A stretch of DNA of 64,000 nt from a virus (taxonomy: Duplodnaviria > Caudoviricetes), in the IMG/VR virus record IMGVR_UViG_3300032116_000002; one strand, given 5' to 3'. The notes beneath the pieces are model-generated. The model had not been told where the DNA came from. It was given only the letters and a program-made list of their open reading frames with translations, and searched no databases. The position numbers and the translations under genes are program-made. Shown piece by piece: positions 17,336 to 26,688 of the stretch; position 1 is the stretch's first letter, and each line of letters begins with the position of its first letter.

Positions 17336-18694
17336 ATGAAAACGTATAGTAAAAGAATAGCTTTTTTAATCAGCGATCAACATTTCATACCTCATGGTGG
17401 AATAGGACAGTTCGCCAAAGGGTTTACAGAAATGTGTCAACGAATAAATTGGAAAGTTGATATTCTTTTAGATAAACTTCCTACTAATGAATTCAGTTCT
17501 ACTATAGAAAAATTGGGCGCTAATATTATTTGTCCATTTGAAATACTAAGATATACTGACCATGTTAATACGTTTGCTTTTAGTGACACCGTCAACTTTG
17601 AACGAATCATTAATTTCCGTAATTGTATTGTCAAAGCGTTTGAGACAAATTTATATGATATGATAATTTGTAATACGCAAGAAGCAATGACTGCGGCATA
17701 TGCAATGACACTGAGTAAAGATATACCAGTTATGTTTTACACACATTTACATAGTATGATTTTTAGAGAATCTCAGGGAAGCGATGTGTTCTTAGATAGT
17801 TATCACAATTTCTACAACAAACATATGGAGTTTAAAGATATTGTTATTGGTACACAAAGCCAGAAAAATATCGATGAGTTAACTAAACATGGGGCAACAA
17901 ACTGTATACTATTGCGTATGCCTTTAAGTGAGCGCGGTTTATTAGAACCAAACAATGATGAACGCAAGGGTGTGTTATTCATTGGACGTTGGGAGGCAGG
18001 CAAGAATCCAGAAGCATATATCAAGGCAATGGAGAAAGCAAAATTACCTTGCAAAGTTATGACCAACGCAAACGGTGCAAAGAAATTTGAAAAAGCTTTT
18101 GTCGAAGCTGGCATTACCGATTACGAGATAAAAGTAGGAATAATTGGTCAAGAAAAGGTTGACTTTATCAAGAGTAGTAAAGTATTCTATATGCCAAGCT
18201 TACGTGAAAATTATCCGTTCGCTTTTTTTGAATGTTTGGGTCATATGCCCTGTGTAGTACTAGAAACACAAGATTGGTCTGATAATTTTAAAGAAGAATA
18301 TTTTACCAAAGTAAAGCAATCAGACGTACCAGAAACACTAAAACGATTGTATAATACTGAACCAAAAGATTACTATGCAACCGGTGCATTAGATTATGTT
18401 AAAGAATTAGATGATAAAACAGTACAAGGTTGGATCGATTTTATTGCTGATTTTGTTTTTAGAACTGCAAAGAACGATATTGCTAAAATCAATGAATATA
18501 CTACAGTAAGGTATAGCGATTATATTAGAGACTTAAACCGAAGTGCGTTAGCACGTGAAGATTTTGAAAGTGTACTAACAAATAGGCACAAATTTAATAT
18601 TGTCTACACCGACAAAAATACATACTTAAGTAAGGATGATAACTTTGTTCCAGAAGAACAACTTACTGGACTTGCTTTATTTGAAGGGATATGA
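17336..18694 (+). CDS. GT-B (GT4-like) glycosyltransferase
   Basis: PHGGIGQF, FIGRWEAGKNP, E-x7-E motif ENYPFAFFE. Confidence 0.88.
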   Translation: MKTYSKRIAFLISDQHFIPHGGIGQFAKGFTEMCQRINWKVDILLDKLPTNEFSSTIEKLGANIICPFEILRYTDHVNTFAFSDTVNFERIINFRNCIVKAFETNLYDMIICNTQEAMTAAYAMTLSKDIPVMFYTHLHSMIFRESQGSDVFLDSYHNFYNKHMEFKDIVIGTQSQKNIDELTKHGATNCILLRMPLSERGLLEPNNDERKGVLFIGRWEAGKNPEAYIKAMEKAKLPCKVMTNANGAKKFEKAFVEAGITDYEIKVGIIGQEKVDFIKSSKVFYMPSLRENYPFAFFECLGHMPCVVLETQDWSDNFKEEYFTKVKQSDVPETLKRLYNTEPKDYYATGALDYVKELDDKTVQGWIDFIADFVFRTAKNDIAKINEYTTVRYSDYIRDLNRSALAREDFESVLTNRHKFNIVYTDKNTYLSKDDNFVPEEQLTGLALFEGI

Positions 18695-18695
18695 T

Positions 18696-19541
18696 ATGAA
18701 AAAAAGAGTATTAATTACGGGAGGTTCAGGCTATATAGGTTCTCACTTATATAAGTTATTACAAGAAAAGTATGAAGTTTATTCACTTGATATTGCTGAA
18801 CCTAAAATAGAAACACCAAATTTTAAAACTGTTGATATACGAGTTGCTATGCAATCACAGGATGAATTTGACTGCATCGTTCATCTAGCTGCTTTAGTCA
18901 ACGTTGGTGAAAGTGTAGAGTTCCCAACAGACTATTACAACACAAATGTACGTGGTACTATCAATTTAATACATGGTATTAAGACTAAGAACTTTATATT
19001 CGCAAGTACAGGTGCAGCAGTAGAAATGCAAAGCCCATATGGTATCAGTAAGCGTATGGCAGAGGATTGTGTCACTGAATTTTGTGTTAAAACAAATACA
19101 CCATATACAATCTTTAGATTCTACAACGTGATCGGATCAGACGGAATAGACCCAACTAACAAAGATGGGTTATTTTATAACTTAATTAATGCAGTGGACA
19201 CAGGCTCTTTTACTGTATTCGGTAATGATTATAATACACCAGACGGTACTTGTATTCGTGATTATGTTCATGTACTAGAAGTTTGCCATGCTATAGAATT
19301 GGCTATAGAAAACCCAAGTAATAGTATAGAAAACTTAGGACATGGTAAAGGTACAAGTGTTACCGAAATTATAAATTGTTTTAAAAATGTTAACAATGTG
19401 GATTTTACTGTCAATTATGGGTCACGCAGAGATGGTGACATAGAGGTAAGTGTTTTGGATCATCCCAGTTCATATATGAAACAACTCTACTCTATAGAGG
19501 AATTATTGAAGGTTGACAATAAATTAGAAACTGTGCTATGA
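18696..19541 (+). CDS. galE: NAD-dependent epimerase, UDP-glucose 4-epimerase-like
   Basis: ITGGSGYIGS, HLAA, YGISK (YxxxK), FRFYNV, DGTCIRDYVHV; likely start 18696. Confidence 0.88.
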   Translation: MKKRVLITGGSGYIGSHLYKLLQEKYEVYSLDIAEPKIETPNFKTVDIRVAMQSQDEFDCIVHLAALVNVGESVEFPTDYYNTNVRGTINLIHGIKTKNFIFASTGAAVEMQSPYGISKRMAEDCVTEFCVKTNTPYTIFRFYNVIGSDGIDPTNKDGLFYNLINAVDTGSFTVFGNDYNTPDGTCIRDYVHVLEVCHAIELAIENPSNSIENLGHGKGTSVTEIINCFKNVNNVDFTVNYGSRRDGDIEVSVLDHPSSYMKQLYSIEELLKVDNKLETVL

Positions 19542-19735
19542 TTGTCATTCCACACAATAAAATAAGTGTGATACAGTATTGGTGCATTATGAATATATCA
19601 CCTAGGCAGTATTATTTTCACCATGCATTCGGTGGCGATGGTTGGGAATTTGCACGAAACAAAGATATCTTTGAATGGCAACTCAAAACTGATGATCCTA
19701 AATACGAAACTTATATTGAACTTAAATTTATATGA
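19538..19735 (+). CDS. small protein of the expanded paralog family
   Basis: internal YWC; C-terminal DDPKYETYIELKF. Confidence 0.55.
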   Translation: MIVIPHNKISVIQYWCIMNISPRQYYFHHAFGGDGWEFARNKDIFEWQLKTDDPKYETYIELKFI

Positions 19736-20790
19736 CATTTAATAACACAACTAAACGCATTGGTTTTGCATGTAAGTGGGCAGAGATCAATAAGAAGGGC
19801 GAGATTGCTAGTACCGAAGGTCTTAACACCGGTGGTACTACTCACGCATGGACTAAACGAGTAAGTAGAGAAACAGCCGAAAAAAAGGTTATTGATGTTG
19901 CCAAACAAAATGTAACTAATACTTTAGCACTAGTTAAAAAAGTTTCTACATTACCTGAAGAATTGCGTATGCTACGTATTACTAGCGATATGCTAAGTTT
20001 CTATACTATGGATGAGTGGAAGCCTTTTTGGCAATCTAGTGATATGCAAACTATGTTACAGAAGTGGTTCGCACCCATCGGTGAACATGCACGTAAGAAT
20101 AATGTACGACTAAGTTTTCATCCTGACCAATTTGTAGTTTTAGCAAGCGACCGCGAAGAAGTAGTAAATAAATCTATTGAGGAGTTTGAATATCATGCAA
20201 GCATGGCAAGATGGATGGGCTACGGCACTACGTTCCAGGACTTTAAAATCAATGTCCACATCAGTGGTCGTCAAGGACCCGAAGGTGTTAGAAAAGCCTA
20301 CAAAAGACTTAGCCCCGAAGCAAGGAACGGTCTCACTATCGAGAACGAGGAGATAGTACATGGACTTGACCAGTGTCTTAGCCTTTCTGATCTCTGTCCT
20401 ATTGTGTTGGATATTCATCATCATTGGATCCACAGCAATGGGGAATATATCGACCCGCAAGATAGTAGAGTCAAAATGGTTTTGGATAGTTGGCGAGGTG
20501 TTAGGCCTGTCATGCATTATAGTGTTAGCCGTGAAGATATTCTTGTGGGTCACGATGCCAATGTTAGGCCTGATCTACAGTCACTTATGGCAGTAGGTCA
20601 CAACAAACAAAAGCTTAGAGCGCATAGCGACTACTACTGGAACAATGCATGTAACGAATGGGCATTGACGTTTAATGAACAGTTTGATATAATGTGCGAG
20701 AGCAAGGCTAAGAATCTTGCAAGCTTTAAACTATACGAGGAAAGCAAGAATGTTAGACAAATTAAAGAACTTATTTGCGAAGAAGCCTGA
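19732..20790 (+). CDS. uvsE: UV-damage endonuclease
   Basis: RIGFAC, LRITSD, RLSFHPDQF, INVHISG, LTIENEE, VLDIHHHW, PVMHYS, HSDY. Confidence 0.93.
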   Translation: MTFNNTTKRIGFACKWAEINKKGEIASTEGLNTGGTTHAWTKRVSRETAEKKVIDVAKQNVTNTLALVKKVSTLPEELRMLRITSDMLSFYTMDEWKPFWQSSDMQTMLQKWFAPIGEHARKNNVRLSFHPDQFVVLASDREEVVNKSIEEFEYHASMARWMGYGTTFQDFKINVHISGRQGPEGVRKAYKRLSPEARNGLTIENEEIVHGLDQCLSLSDLCPIVLDIHHHWIHSNGEYIDPQDSRVKMVLDSWRGVRPVMHYSVSREDILVGHDANVRPDLQSLMAVGHNKQKLRAHSDYYWNNACNEWALTFNEQFDIMCESKAKNLASFKLYEESKNVRQIKELICEEA

Positions 20791-21166
20791 ACCTAAAGCA
20801 GAGCCTGAAGTAAAAAAAGTTAAAGAACCTAAACCAAAGAAAGAACTTAGTGAAAAAGAAAAAGCTACTATAAATAACGAGCCTTATGTAGCAATCACTA
20901 GGGTAGAAATTAATCCAGATAACATACATGATGGTGCATTTGAATTAGATTGGAATGAAAAATTCATCGTCAATTTAATTAAAGCTGGATATAAAATTAG
21001 ACCAGATGATACAGATGAGGTCATTGCTGATCGGTGGCTACAGCAAATTTGCAGAACGATTGCACTTGAGATGTACGAGGGAACTCAAACCGATCCCGAA
21101 AACCGTGACGTAAGATATCAAGTACATAAAAAGAAACTTGATAACGGGCGTACAGAAGTTAGCTAA
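20750..21166 (+). CDS. hypothetical phage protein
   Basis: ATG at 20750 after GAGG; FELDWN motif. Confidence 0.6.
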   Translation: MLDKLKNLFAKKPEPKAEPEVKKVKEPKPKKELSEKEKATINNEPYVAITRVEINPDNIHDGAFELDWNEKFIVNLIKAGYKIRPDDTDEVIADRWLQQICRTIALEMYEGTQTDPENRDVRYQVHKKKLDNGRTEVS

Positions 21167-21201
21167 ATGACAATGTTGCTTTTTAGCAACATTTTTTTAG
21201 G

Positions 21202-21230
21202 TTGACAATAAATCCAGCCGGTGTTAGAAT
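21202..21230 (+). promoter_or_regulatory. sigma70-type promoter, TTGACAATAAATCCA class
   Basis: TTGACA-17 bp-TAGAAT. Confidence 0.75.
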
Positions 21231-21266
21231 TGCAGTTCTAATTAACTTTCATAAGAAAGAGTAATC

Positions 21267-22631
21267 ATGCCTTCTACTAAAACAGCACGTAAAGTTAGTA
21301 AATCAACCACTACAGTGAAAGTGAGTAAACCTACTATGGCTTCAACATCAAGAGGTAGAAATACAACCTACAACTCATTCCCATTAATTTTCTCTCCTAA
21401 ACAAAGAGACCTAAACGATCTGCCTATTGATAACATTTTGGATCGTGATGTAGGTGAATATAAAGAAAAATACATACAGAATTTGTTGGAAATGATCAAA
21501 TCCGAATCCAACGATGCATATTACAAGGCTATTGATCGCTATAAGAAACTAAAAACTACCTTTAAGGCTGATCGATATCCAAAAGTTACAAAAGTGCCAT
21601 TGGGTAAACTTAAGTCAGATGAAGATATTAACAGGGAACTGGATATTGGACACGCTACTGATATCATTTCAAAATATGATGAGCAATGTTTTCAACCAAT
21701 TTACTGTATGAAAGATCCAGTCACCGGTGAGTGGACAATCGTTAATGGACAGCACACAGCGTCATCTACTGCCGCAATTGTGCAGGCTGGCTTAATGATT
21801 GACGAAAATGGAAAACGTGTCAAACCCGAAGACTGGGAAAAATTTGAAGTTACAGTAATCTATATTGAAGATACTGATCGTAGTAAAGCACGTGAAGCAT
21901 TTGCTTTACTCAACGGTGAAATGAGTAAAAAAATTGATATTTTTGATAAATGGAAACAGCACTATCTATCAGTTCGTTTGGATGGCAGTGCAAATCCTGA
22001 ATACAAACATACATATAATTTGATTGAAATTTTGAAGCAATACAATTGTATACCTCTTCCAACCGATCATGATGATGTAGCTGAGCCTGGGGCTACTACT
22101 CACCTTGCAGGTGTAGAAAGCCTAGCACCTACTGCAAAATACGATAAGGTACGTTTTGTATTTAAAACACGTGATGAGTTTTGGAACAATTTGCCCGTAG
22201 ATAATGCAGAACTTGGCTTTTACGGTAATTTGTATGAATTAGCCGTTTTAGAAAATGCAGATATGCGAAGTGCAGAATGGAACCAATTTCTGCAGGATCT
22301 TCACGCTACTATTCAAGGTGTTTACAGAAACATGAATAAGCTAAAAAGCAAAGCGTCCAAAGCATATAAACAATATCGATTCGAACAATTTAGTGACCAA
22401 AATGGCGGTGGCGGTGGCTTCAATATTTCTTTATATTTTGCGTATCAAGCATACATTAAGCTAGGTGGAAAGTTTATTATTAAAGGGCTAAAAGATTTGT
22501 TTGTTCACAAAGGAATCGATGCTATTCAATATCTAGAAGATAAGGATCTTAAAAAAATTAATGCACACCTAGACGGGAACAAAGAAATTAATAAACGTTC
22601 TATTAATCTTCCTAAAAAGTCAAAAGCCTAA
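21267..22631 (+). CDS. ParB/Srx-like domain protein
   Basis: NREL...H...I...QPI...WTIVNGQHT...EAFALLN pattern (variant of DGQHR). Confidence 0.6.
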   Translation: MPSTKTARKVSKSTTTVKVSKPTMASTSRGRNTTYNSFPLIFSPKQRDLNDLPIDNILDRDVGEYKEKYIQNLLEMIKSESNDAYYKAIDRYKKLKTTFKADRYPKVTKVPLGKLKSDEDINRELDIGHATDIISKYDEQCFQPIYCMKDPVTGEWTIVNGQHTASSTAAIVQAGLMIDENGKRVKPEDWEKFEVTVIYIEDTDRSKAREAFALLNGEMSKKIDIFDKWKQHYLSVRLDGSANPEYKHTYNLIEILKQYNCIPLPTDHDDVAEPGATTHLAGVESLAPTAKYDKVRFVFKTRDEFWNNLPVDNAELGFYGNLYELAVLENADMRSAEWNQFLQDLHATIQGVYRNMNKLKSKASKAYKQYRFEQFSDQNGGGGGFNISLYFAYQAYIKLGGKFIIKGLKDLFVHKGIDAIQYLEDKDLKKINAHLDGNKEINKRSINLPKKSKA

Positions 22632-22633
22632 TC

Positions 22634-23062
22634 ATGCAAGACTGGATATTTCTTTATATAATGGTGATGTCCCATAACGGTATAGTTGGATTTGGTATTA
22701 CTAAATCACCTAGTAGAATCCATGACTATACCGCTCATTGTCTGCAAACACAAAACTTTTCGTACATGTTTTATGGTCCGGAAGATGAAGTAGAAGAAAT
22801 TGAATCCTTTTTTAAGCGTAAGCACAAATCTATCTTATTAAAGCAAATAAAAAAGAAAAATAAATGGAGATTAGAAGGTATAGATCCTAAACTTTCTAAT
22901 ATGTCAGCAGAAGATTTAAAATTATGGGTAGAAAAATTTGTACGTGATAACAAATTTAATACAATGAGAGTTCAGGACATTTGGTTACCTTTTGGTGGGG
23001 ATCCTAAATTTACTAGAAAGAATATTACTATCAGTCCTGAGTTATATTTGGAAAAAATCTAA
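22634..23062 (+). CDS. GIY-YIG-like (T5orf172-type) nuclease
   Basis: FLYIM...GFGITKSPSRIHDY...EEIES pattern. Confidence 0.5.
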   Translation: MQDWIFLYIMVMSHNGIVGFGITKSPSRIHDYTAHCLQTQNFSYMFYGPEDEVEEIESFFKRKHKSILLKQIKKKNKWRLEGIDPKLSNMSAEDLKLWVEKFVRDNKFNTMRVQDIWLPFGGDPKFTRKNITISPELYLEKI

Positions 23063-23063
23063 C

Positions 23064-23092
23064 TTGCTGTTTATTACGAATTATTATATAAT
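23064..23092 (+). promoter_or_regulatory. sigma70-type promoter
   Basis: TTGCTG-17 bp-TATAAT. Confidence 0.5.
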
Positions 23093-23098
23093 CTAAAT

Positions 23099-24100
23099 AT
23101 GAAATACGCACTCATAGACACTGCCAATACTTTCTTTCGTGCTAGACATATCGCTAGCCGAAATAGTGATACATTTGAGAAGATAGGAATGGCACTACAC
23201 TTGTCACTTGCAAGTGTAAATCAAATTGTACGAAAGTTTGGCATCGATCACGTTGTAGCCGCACTCGAAGGTCGTAGCTGGCGCAAAGATTTTTATAAGC
23301 CATACAAGGCTAATCGTGCTGTAGCCAATCAAGCAATGACCGAAGCAGAAAAAGAAGAAAACGAAATGTTTTGGCAAACATACGAAACATTTACAAACTA
23401 CCTTCGTGACAAAACAAATGTGTCAGTTATTCGACATGAAAATGCCGAGGCTGACGATATTATTGCACGTTTTATTACACTACATCCAAATGACCAAATA
23501 TATATTATTAGCAGCGACACTGATTATCACCAGCTTATATCTAATCATTGTTACCAATATAATCCAGTTGCCAATCAACTCATCACCCCCGAAGGATTCT
23601 TTGACGATAAGGGGCGTCAAGTTATAGACAAGAAAACTAAGGAACCTAAACTATTAGGTGATCCACAATTCATTCTTTTCGAAAAATGTATGCGTGGTGA
23701 TAGTACTGACAACGTATTCAGTGCATACCCAGGTGTCCGTACTAAAGGTAGTAAAAATAAGGTTGGTTTGACTGAAGCGTATGAAGATCGCACCAAACAA
23801 GGCTATGCGTGGAACAATCTACTACTCCAGCGCTGGACGGATCATGATGGTGTAGAGCATCGTGTTAAGGATGACTATGAGCGTAATCGCACATTGATTG
23901 ACCTTAACGCACAGCCTCAGGATATCAAAGATAAGGTTGATGAAGCTATTAAAACGAGTGTCCGCATCAATAGAACAGCGCAGGTCGGTGTACACTTTAT
24001 GAAATTTTGTGGCCGGTACGAACTTACTAAAATTTCTGAACAAGCGGAGGCTTACGCAAAATGGTTAAATTCGCCATACGAAGGTGCTTTAATACCATAA
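23099..24100 (+). CDS. rnh: RNase H / 5'-3' exonuclease (T4 rnh, FEN family)
   Basis: LIDTANTFFR, SWRK...YKANR, EADDII, ISSDTDYHQL, GDSTDNV. Confidence 0.92.
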   Translation: MKYALIDTANTFFRARHIASRNSDTFEKIGMALHLSLASVNQIVRKFGIDHVVAALEGRSWRKDFYKPYKANRAVANQAMTEAEKEENEMFWQTYETFTNYLRDKTNVSVIRHENAEADDIIARFITLHPNDQIYIISSDTDYHQLISNHCYQYNPVANQLITPEGFFDDKGRQVIDKKTKEPKLLGDPQFILFEKCMRGDSTDNVFSAYPGVRTKGSKNKVGLTEAYEDRTKQGYAWNNLLLQRWTDHDGVEHRVKDDYERNRTLIDLNAQPQDIKDKVDEAIKTSVRINRTAQVGVHFMKFCGRYELTKISEQAEAYAKWLNSPYEGALIP

Positions 24101-24130
24101 CATAAATACTTCAAGGAGTACTTATGTCTA

Positions 24131-24346
24131 ATGCTTTTTATTCGTGATTTCGATGGGATAACCCAATATGTTGTATGCAACGAAGATGGTAAGTGCCTCA
24201 TTGTCACTACGAGTAGTAAAATTGCCTTATTTGTCGAAAGACATGTTAAGGGTATCCCACCTGAATTAAGATTGAACATAGGGGGCGATCCTGGAACTAA
24301 AGTTGAAAAGAAATTATGGCATCATATAAAGAGATACACAAAATGA
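24131..24346 (+). CDS. hypothetical protein
   Basis: ORF after AAGGAG. Confidence 0.5.
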   Translation: MLFIRDFDGITQYVVCNEDGKCLIVTTSSKIALFVERHVKGIPPELRLNIGGDPGTKVEKKLWHHIKRYTK

Positions 24347-24576
24347 TTGAAACAGTCTACCCTTTCCCAATAAGTTCGTATCAAGATGTTTTTAAAATAC
24401 GTGCTGTTCCTTCTATAGATGGAACTAGAATTAGCCATACCGTAATCACAGAAACAAGTTATCCAGAAGGTAATAGCACAAGAAAAGTTGAAAGTTATAC
24501 TGTTACAGTATATGATGCAACAGGTAGACTCAATTCACATTTGTTTGGCTATAATCATATTGATAGATTAGTTTAA
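24316..24576 (+). CDS. hypothetical protein
   Basis: ORF; true start may be the ATG at 24343. Confidence 0.45.
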   Translation: MASYKEIHKMIETVYPFPISSYQDVFKIRAVPSIDGTRISHTVITETSYPEGNSTRKVESYTVTVYDATGRLNSHLFGYNHIDRLV

Positions 24577-24577
24577 C

Positions 24578-24796
24578 ATGTATTCAGTTAAAATTAGTAA
24601 CTTGGCAGAAACATGCGATGCAGATGAAATTTTTGAATCCGCATATCAAAATTGCAAATCAATTATTGGAGCCAAAGTTTCTCATGATGAAATGCTAGTG
24701 GATGGGTCAACAATGACATATGATGTATCTTATATGCTAGAAATTTATTTTTCCAATCAACAAGAAGCGATTATGTTTGAACTAAGGTATCTATGA
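24578..24796 (+). CDS. small protein of the expanded paralog family
   Basis: C-terminal YFSNQQEAIMFELRYL. Confidence 0.6.
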   Translation: MYSVKISNLAETCDADEIFESAYQNCKSIIGAKVSHDEMLVDGSTMTYDVSYMLEIYFSNQQEAIMFELRYL

Positions 24797-24999
24797 AAAT
24801 TACGGATTCTAAAACTTTTAATAAACTACGAGAATATTATTACGACAATATACACTGGGCTGATAATGACTACGTTCCCTCTAATACTTTTGGTAATTGG
24901 CTAGCGTCAGAGTATGGTGCAGTGTATAGTTTCTTAGACCAAAGTATCTTATTCAAAGACGAGAAAAAATTTACATATTTCTCATTAGTATGGCTATAA
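24793..24999 (+). CDS. small protein of the expanded paralog family
   Basis: NWLASEYG; C-terminal FKDEKKFTYFSLVWL. Confidence 0.6.
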   Translation: MKITDSKTFNKLREYYYDNIHWADNDYVPSNTFGNWLASEYGAVYSFLDQSILFKDEKKFTYFSLVWL

Positions 25000-25184
25000 C
25001 ATATCCAATCAAAATTTACTGGAAGAACGGCGATAATATATCCGCATGGGATGAAAGGTGTATCGAACTTTTAGAAAAGTTTGGTTTACCAGGTGATAGA
25101 TATGTTACCAGCTTTTGTGAAAACTACCTTGAAATTAACTTTTACAAACATGAGGATGCTGTAGTAGCAGCATTGATGTTTTGA
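24990..25184 (+). CDS. small protein of the expanded paralog family
   Basis: EKFGLPGDRY; C-terminal FYKHEDAVVAALMF. Confidence 0.6.
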   Translation: MAITYPIKIYWKNGDNISAWDERCIELLEKFGLPGDRYVTSFCENYLEINFYKHEDAVVAALMF

Positions 25185-25411
25185 AACTAATCGTTGAATC
25201 AAAACCATATCTTGCTAAAGATGGTACAGAGTACATATCTGTAGAGGTCGATGGTCAACAATATTATGGTGATTATCCAACTTGGTTAGCAATGATTGAT
25301 TGGGCAGTAAAAACGTTTGGTGCTGAAGCAGACCGTTGGCAGGTAAGTAATAAGCGATTTTGGTTTCGTGATAAACAAGACCTAGAATGGTTCTTATTGA
25401 GGTGGTCATGA
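25181..25411 (+). CDS. small protein of the expanded paralog family
   Basis: IDWAVKTFG...RW; C-terminal FRDKQDLEWFLLRWS. Confidence 0.65.
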   Translation: MKLIVESKPYLAKDGTEYISVEVDGQQYYGDYPTWLAMIDWAVKTFGAEADRWQVSNKRFWFRDKQDLEWFLLRWS

Positions 25412-25794
25412 AATTATTACGAAGAAAAATTATAATTCGTGAATACGATTTTAATAAAATCAAAACCAAAGCAACAGCAAAAGTTGACAGGTACGAAACA
25501 TTATATGACCGTGCTACATTTACCCCTATTACCAAAGACGAGTTAGAAAAAGAATATTTGATATTTCTATTGACCAAAGATGAAGGTGTAGGAAAAACAC
25601 AGAATGCAATGGATCATTGGAAACCCACTGAGTTTCCAAGTTCATACCTTTATCACATGAGGAAAAAGCTTTACAGTGAAGAATATACCAGATGGAATAT
25701 TAGATTCGATAATAATGGTCACCTATATATAAGGTATAATAAAGCAACTCCAGAAACTAAATTAGGTTGGGCAATCTTTGAAAAAGATTTATGA
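25408..25794 (+). CDS. hypothetical protein, possibly containing the paralog motif internally
   Basis: ATGA-coupled start at 25408; internal KDELEKEYLIFLLTK. Confidence 0.5.
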   Translation: MKLLRRKIIIREYDFNKIKTKATAKVDRYETLYDRATFTPITKDELEKEYLIFLLTKDEGVGKTQNAMDHWKPTEFPSSYLYHMRKKLYSEEYTRWNIRFDNNGHLYIRYNKATPETKLGWAIFEKDL

Positions 25795-25979
25795 GGAAAC
25801 AGACATACACACATACAGTAGTAGTAGAAACATCCCAAGAAAAAATTGATCACATTAAATGGTGCCGCAGAAATTTGGGGGAGCGCGGGAGAGATTGGGA
25901 CTTCTCTGGTGGCACCAAACTCGACATTATAATCTACACCGAAAAATATATTCCATTCTATAAACTCAAATTTGATTAA
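25791..25979 (+). CDS. small protein of the expanded paralog family
   Basis: IKWCRRNLG...DW; C-terminal YTEKYIPFYKLKFD. Confidence 0.6.
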   Translation: MRKQTYTHTVVVETSQEKIDHIKWCRRNLGERGRDWDFSGGTKLDIIIYTEKYIPFYKLKFD

Positions 25980-26023
25980 CCAAAAACATTTACAAACTTA
26001 TAAAAGTAGCATATTATTATTTT

Positions 26024-26485
26024 ATGACAAATAATTTAATCGCTAAACCTGTAGTTAAAAATCAATATTGGATAGTTACTGACGGCAAACAGAAAGTCGG
26101 TAATGTAATTGCTAAGGGATCTGGCTATCAAGTAAAGATTGGTAATCAGCACAAAGAATATCCCAGTACAAGGTCTATATCTACTAAAGAAAAGATAGAA
26201 TTTATACCTCCCGCAAAACAAGAAACGAAAGTAATAAACCCGTTTAACACATACCCAACAGTCGGTAAGGTATTCAACTCAATGTTGGATGTCAAGCGTA
26301 AGATTCACTTGTTTACTAAAACAGCTAAAAGCAAGTGTTACTATGCAGCTGGGTGGTATGTCATAAAACAGGGTCAGGAATTCTCAGTAATACTTTGCCC
26401 CAAGTATATATTCGTACAAAGATATGAATGTTATGGTCCTTTCTTATCCAAGGATGAAGCCAAAAACACGATAAATACTATATGA
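26024..26485 (+). CDS. hypothetical phage protein
   Basis: 153 aa ORF. Confidence 0.6.
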   Translation: MTNNLIAKPVVKNQYWIVTDGKQKVGNVIAKGSGYQVKIGNQHKEYPSTRSISTKEKIEFIPPAKQETKVINPFNTYPTVGKVFNSMLDVKRKIHLFTKTAKSKCYYAAGWYVIKQGQEFSVILCPKYIFVQRYECYGPFLSKDEAKNTINTI

Positions 26486-26685
26486 TTCATATTAAAAAAT
26501 TTATCGATAAGGTCGCTAGTCAAGAGGGTAGACAGGGTAGAGATGTAGTTATGACTATAGCAGATGCCCGTTCTCTGAGGGATGAGATAAGTAAACTTAT
26601 CATAGATAAGTACGAAGAAAAATCCAAAGTAACAACCGAAGATTCAGGAGTTGTTCAGGTAGAATTGAAAGGTGGCAAGTGGTAA
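26482..26685 (+). CDS. hypothetical phage protein
   Basis: coupled ORF; TAAATA at 26472. Confidence 0.55.
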   Translation: MIHIKKFIDKVASQEGRQGRDVVMTIADARSLRDEISKLIIDKYEEKSKVTTEDSGVVQVELKGGKW

Positions 26686-26688
26686 TTA

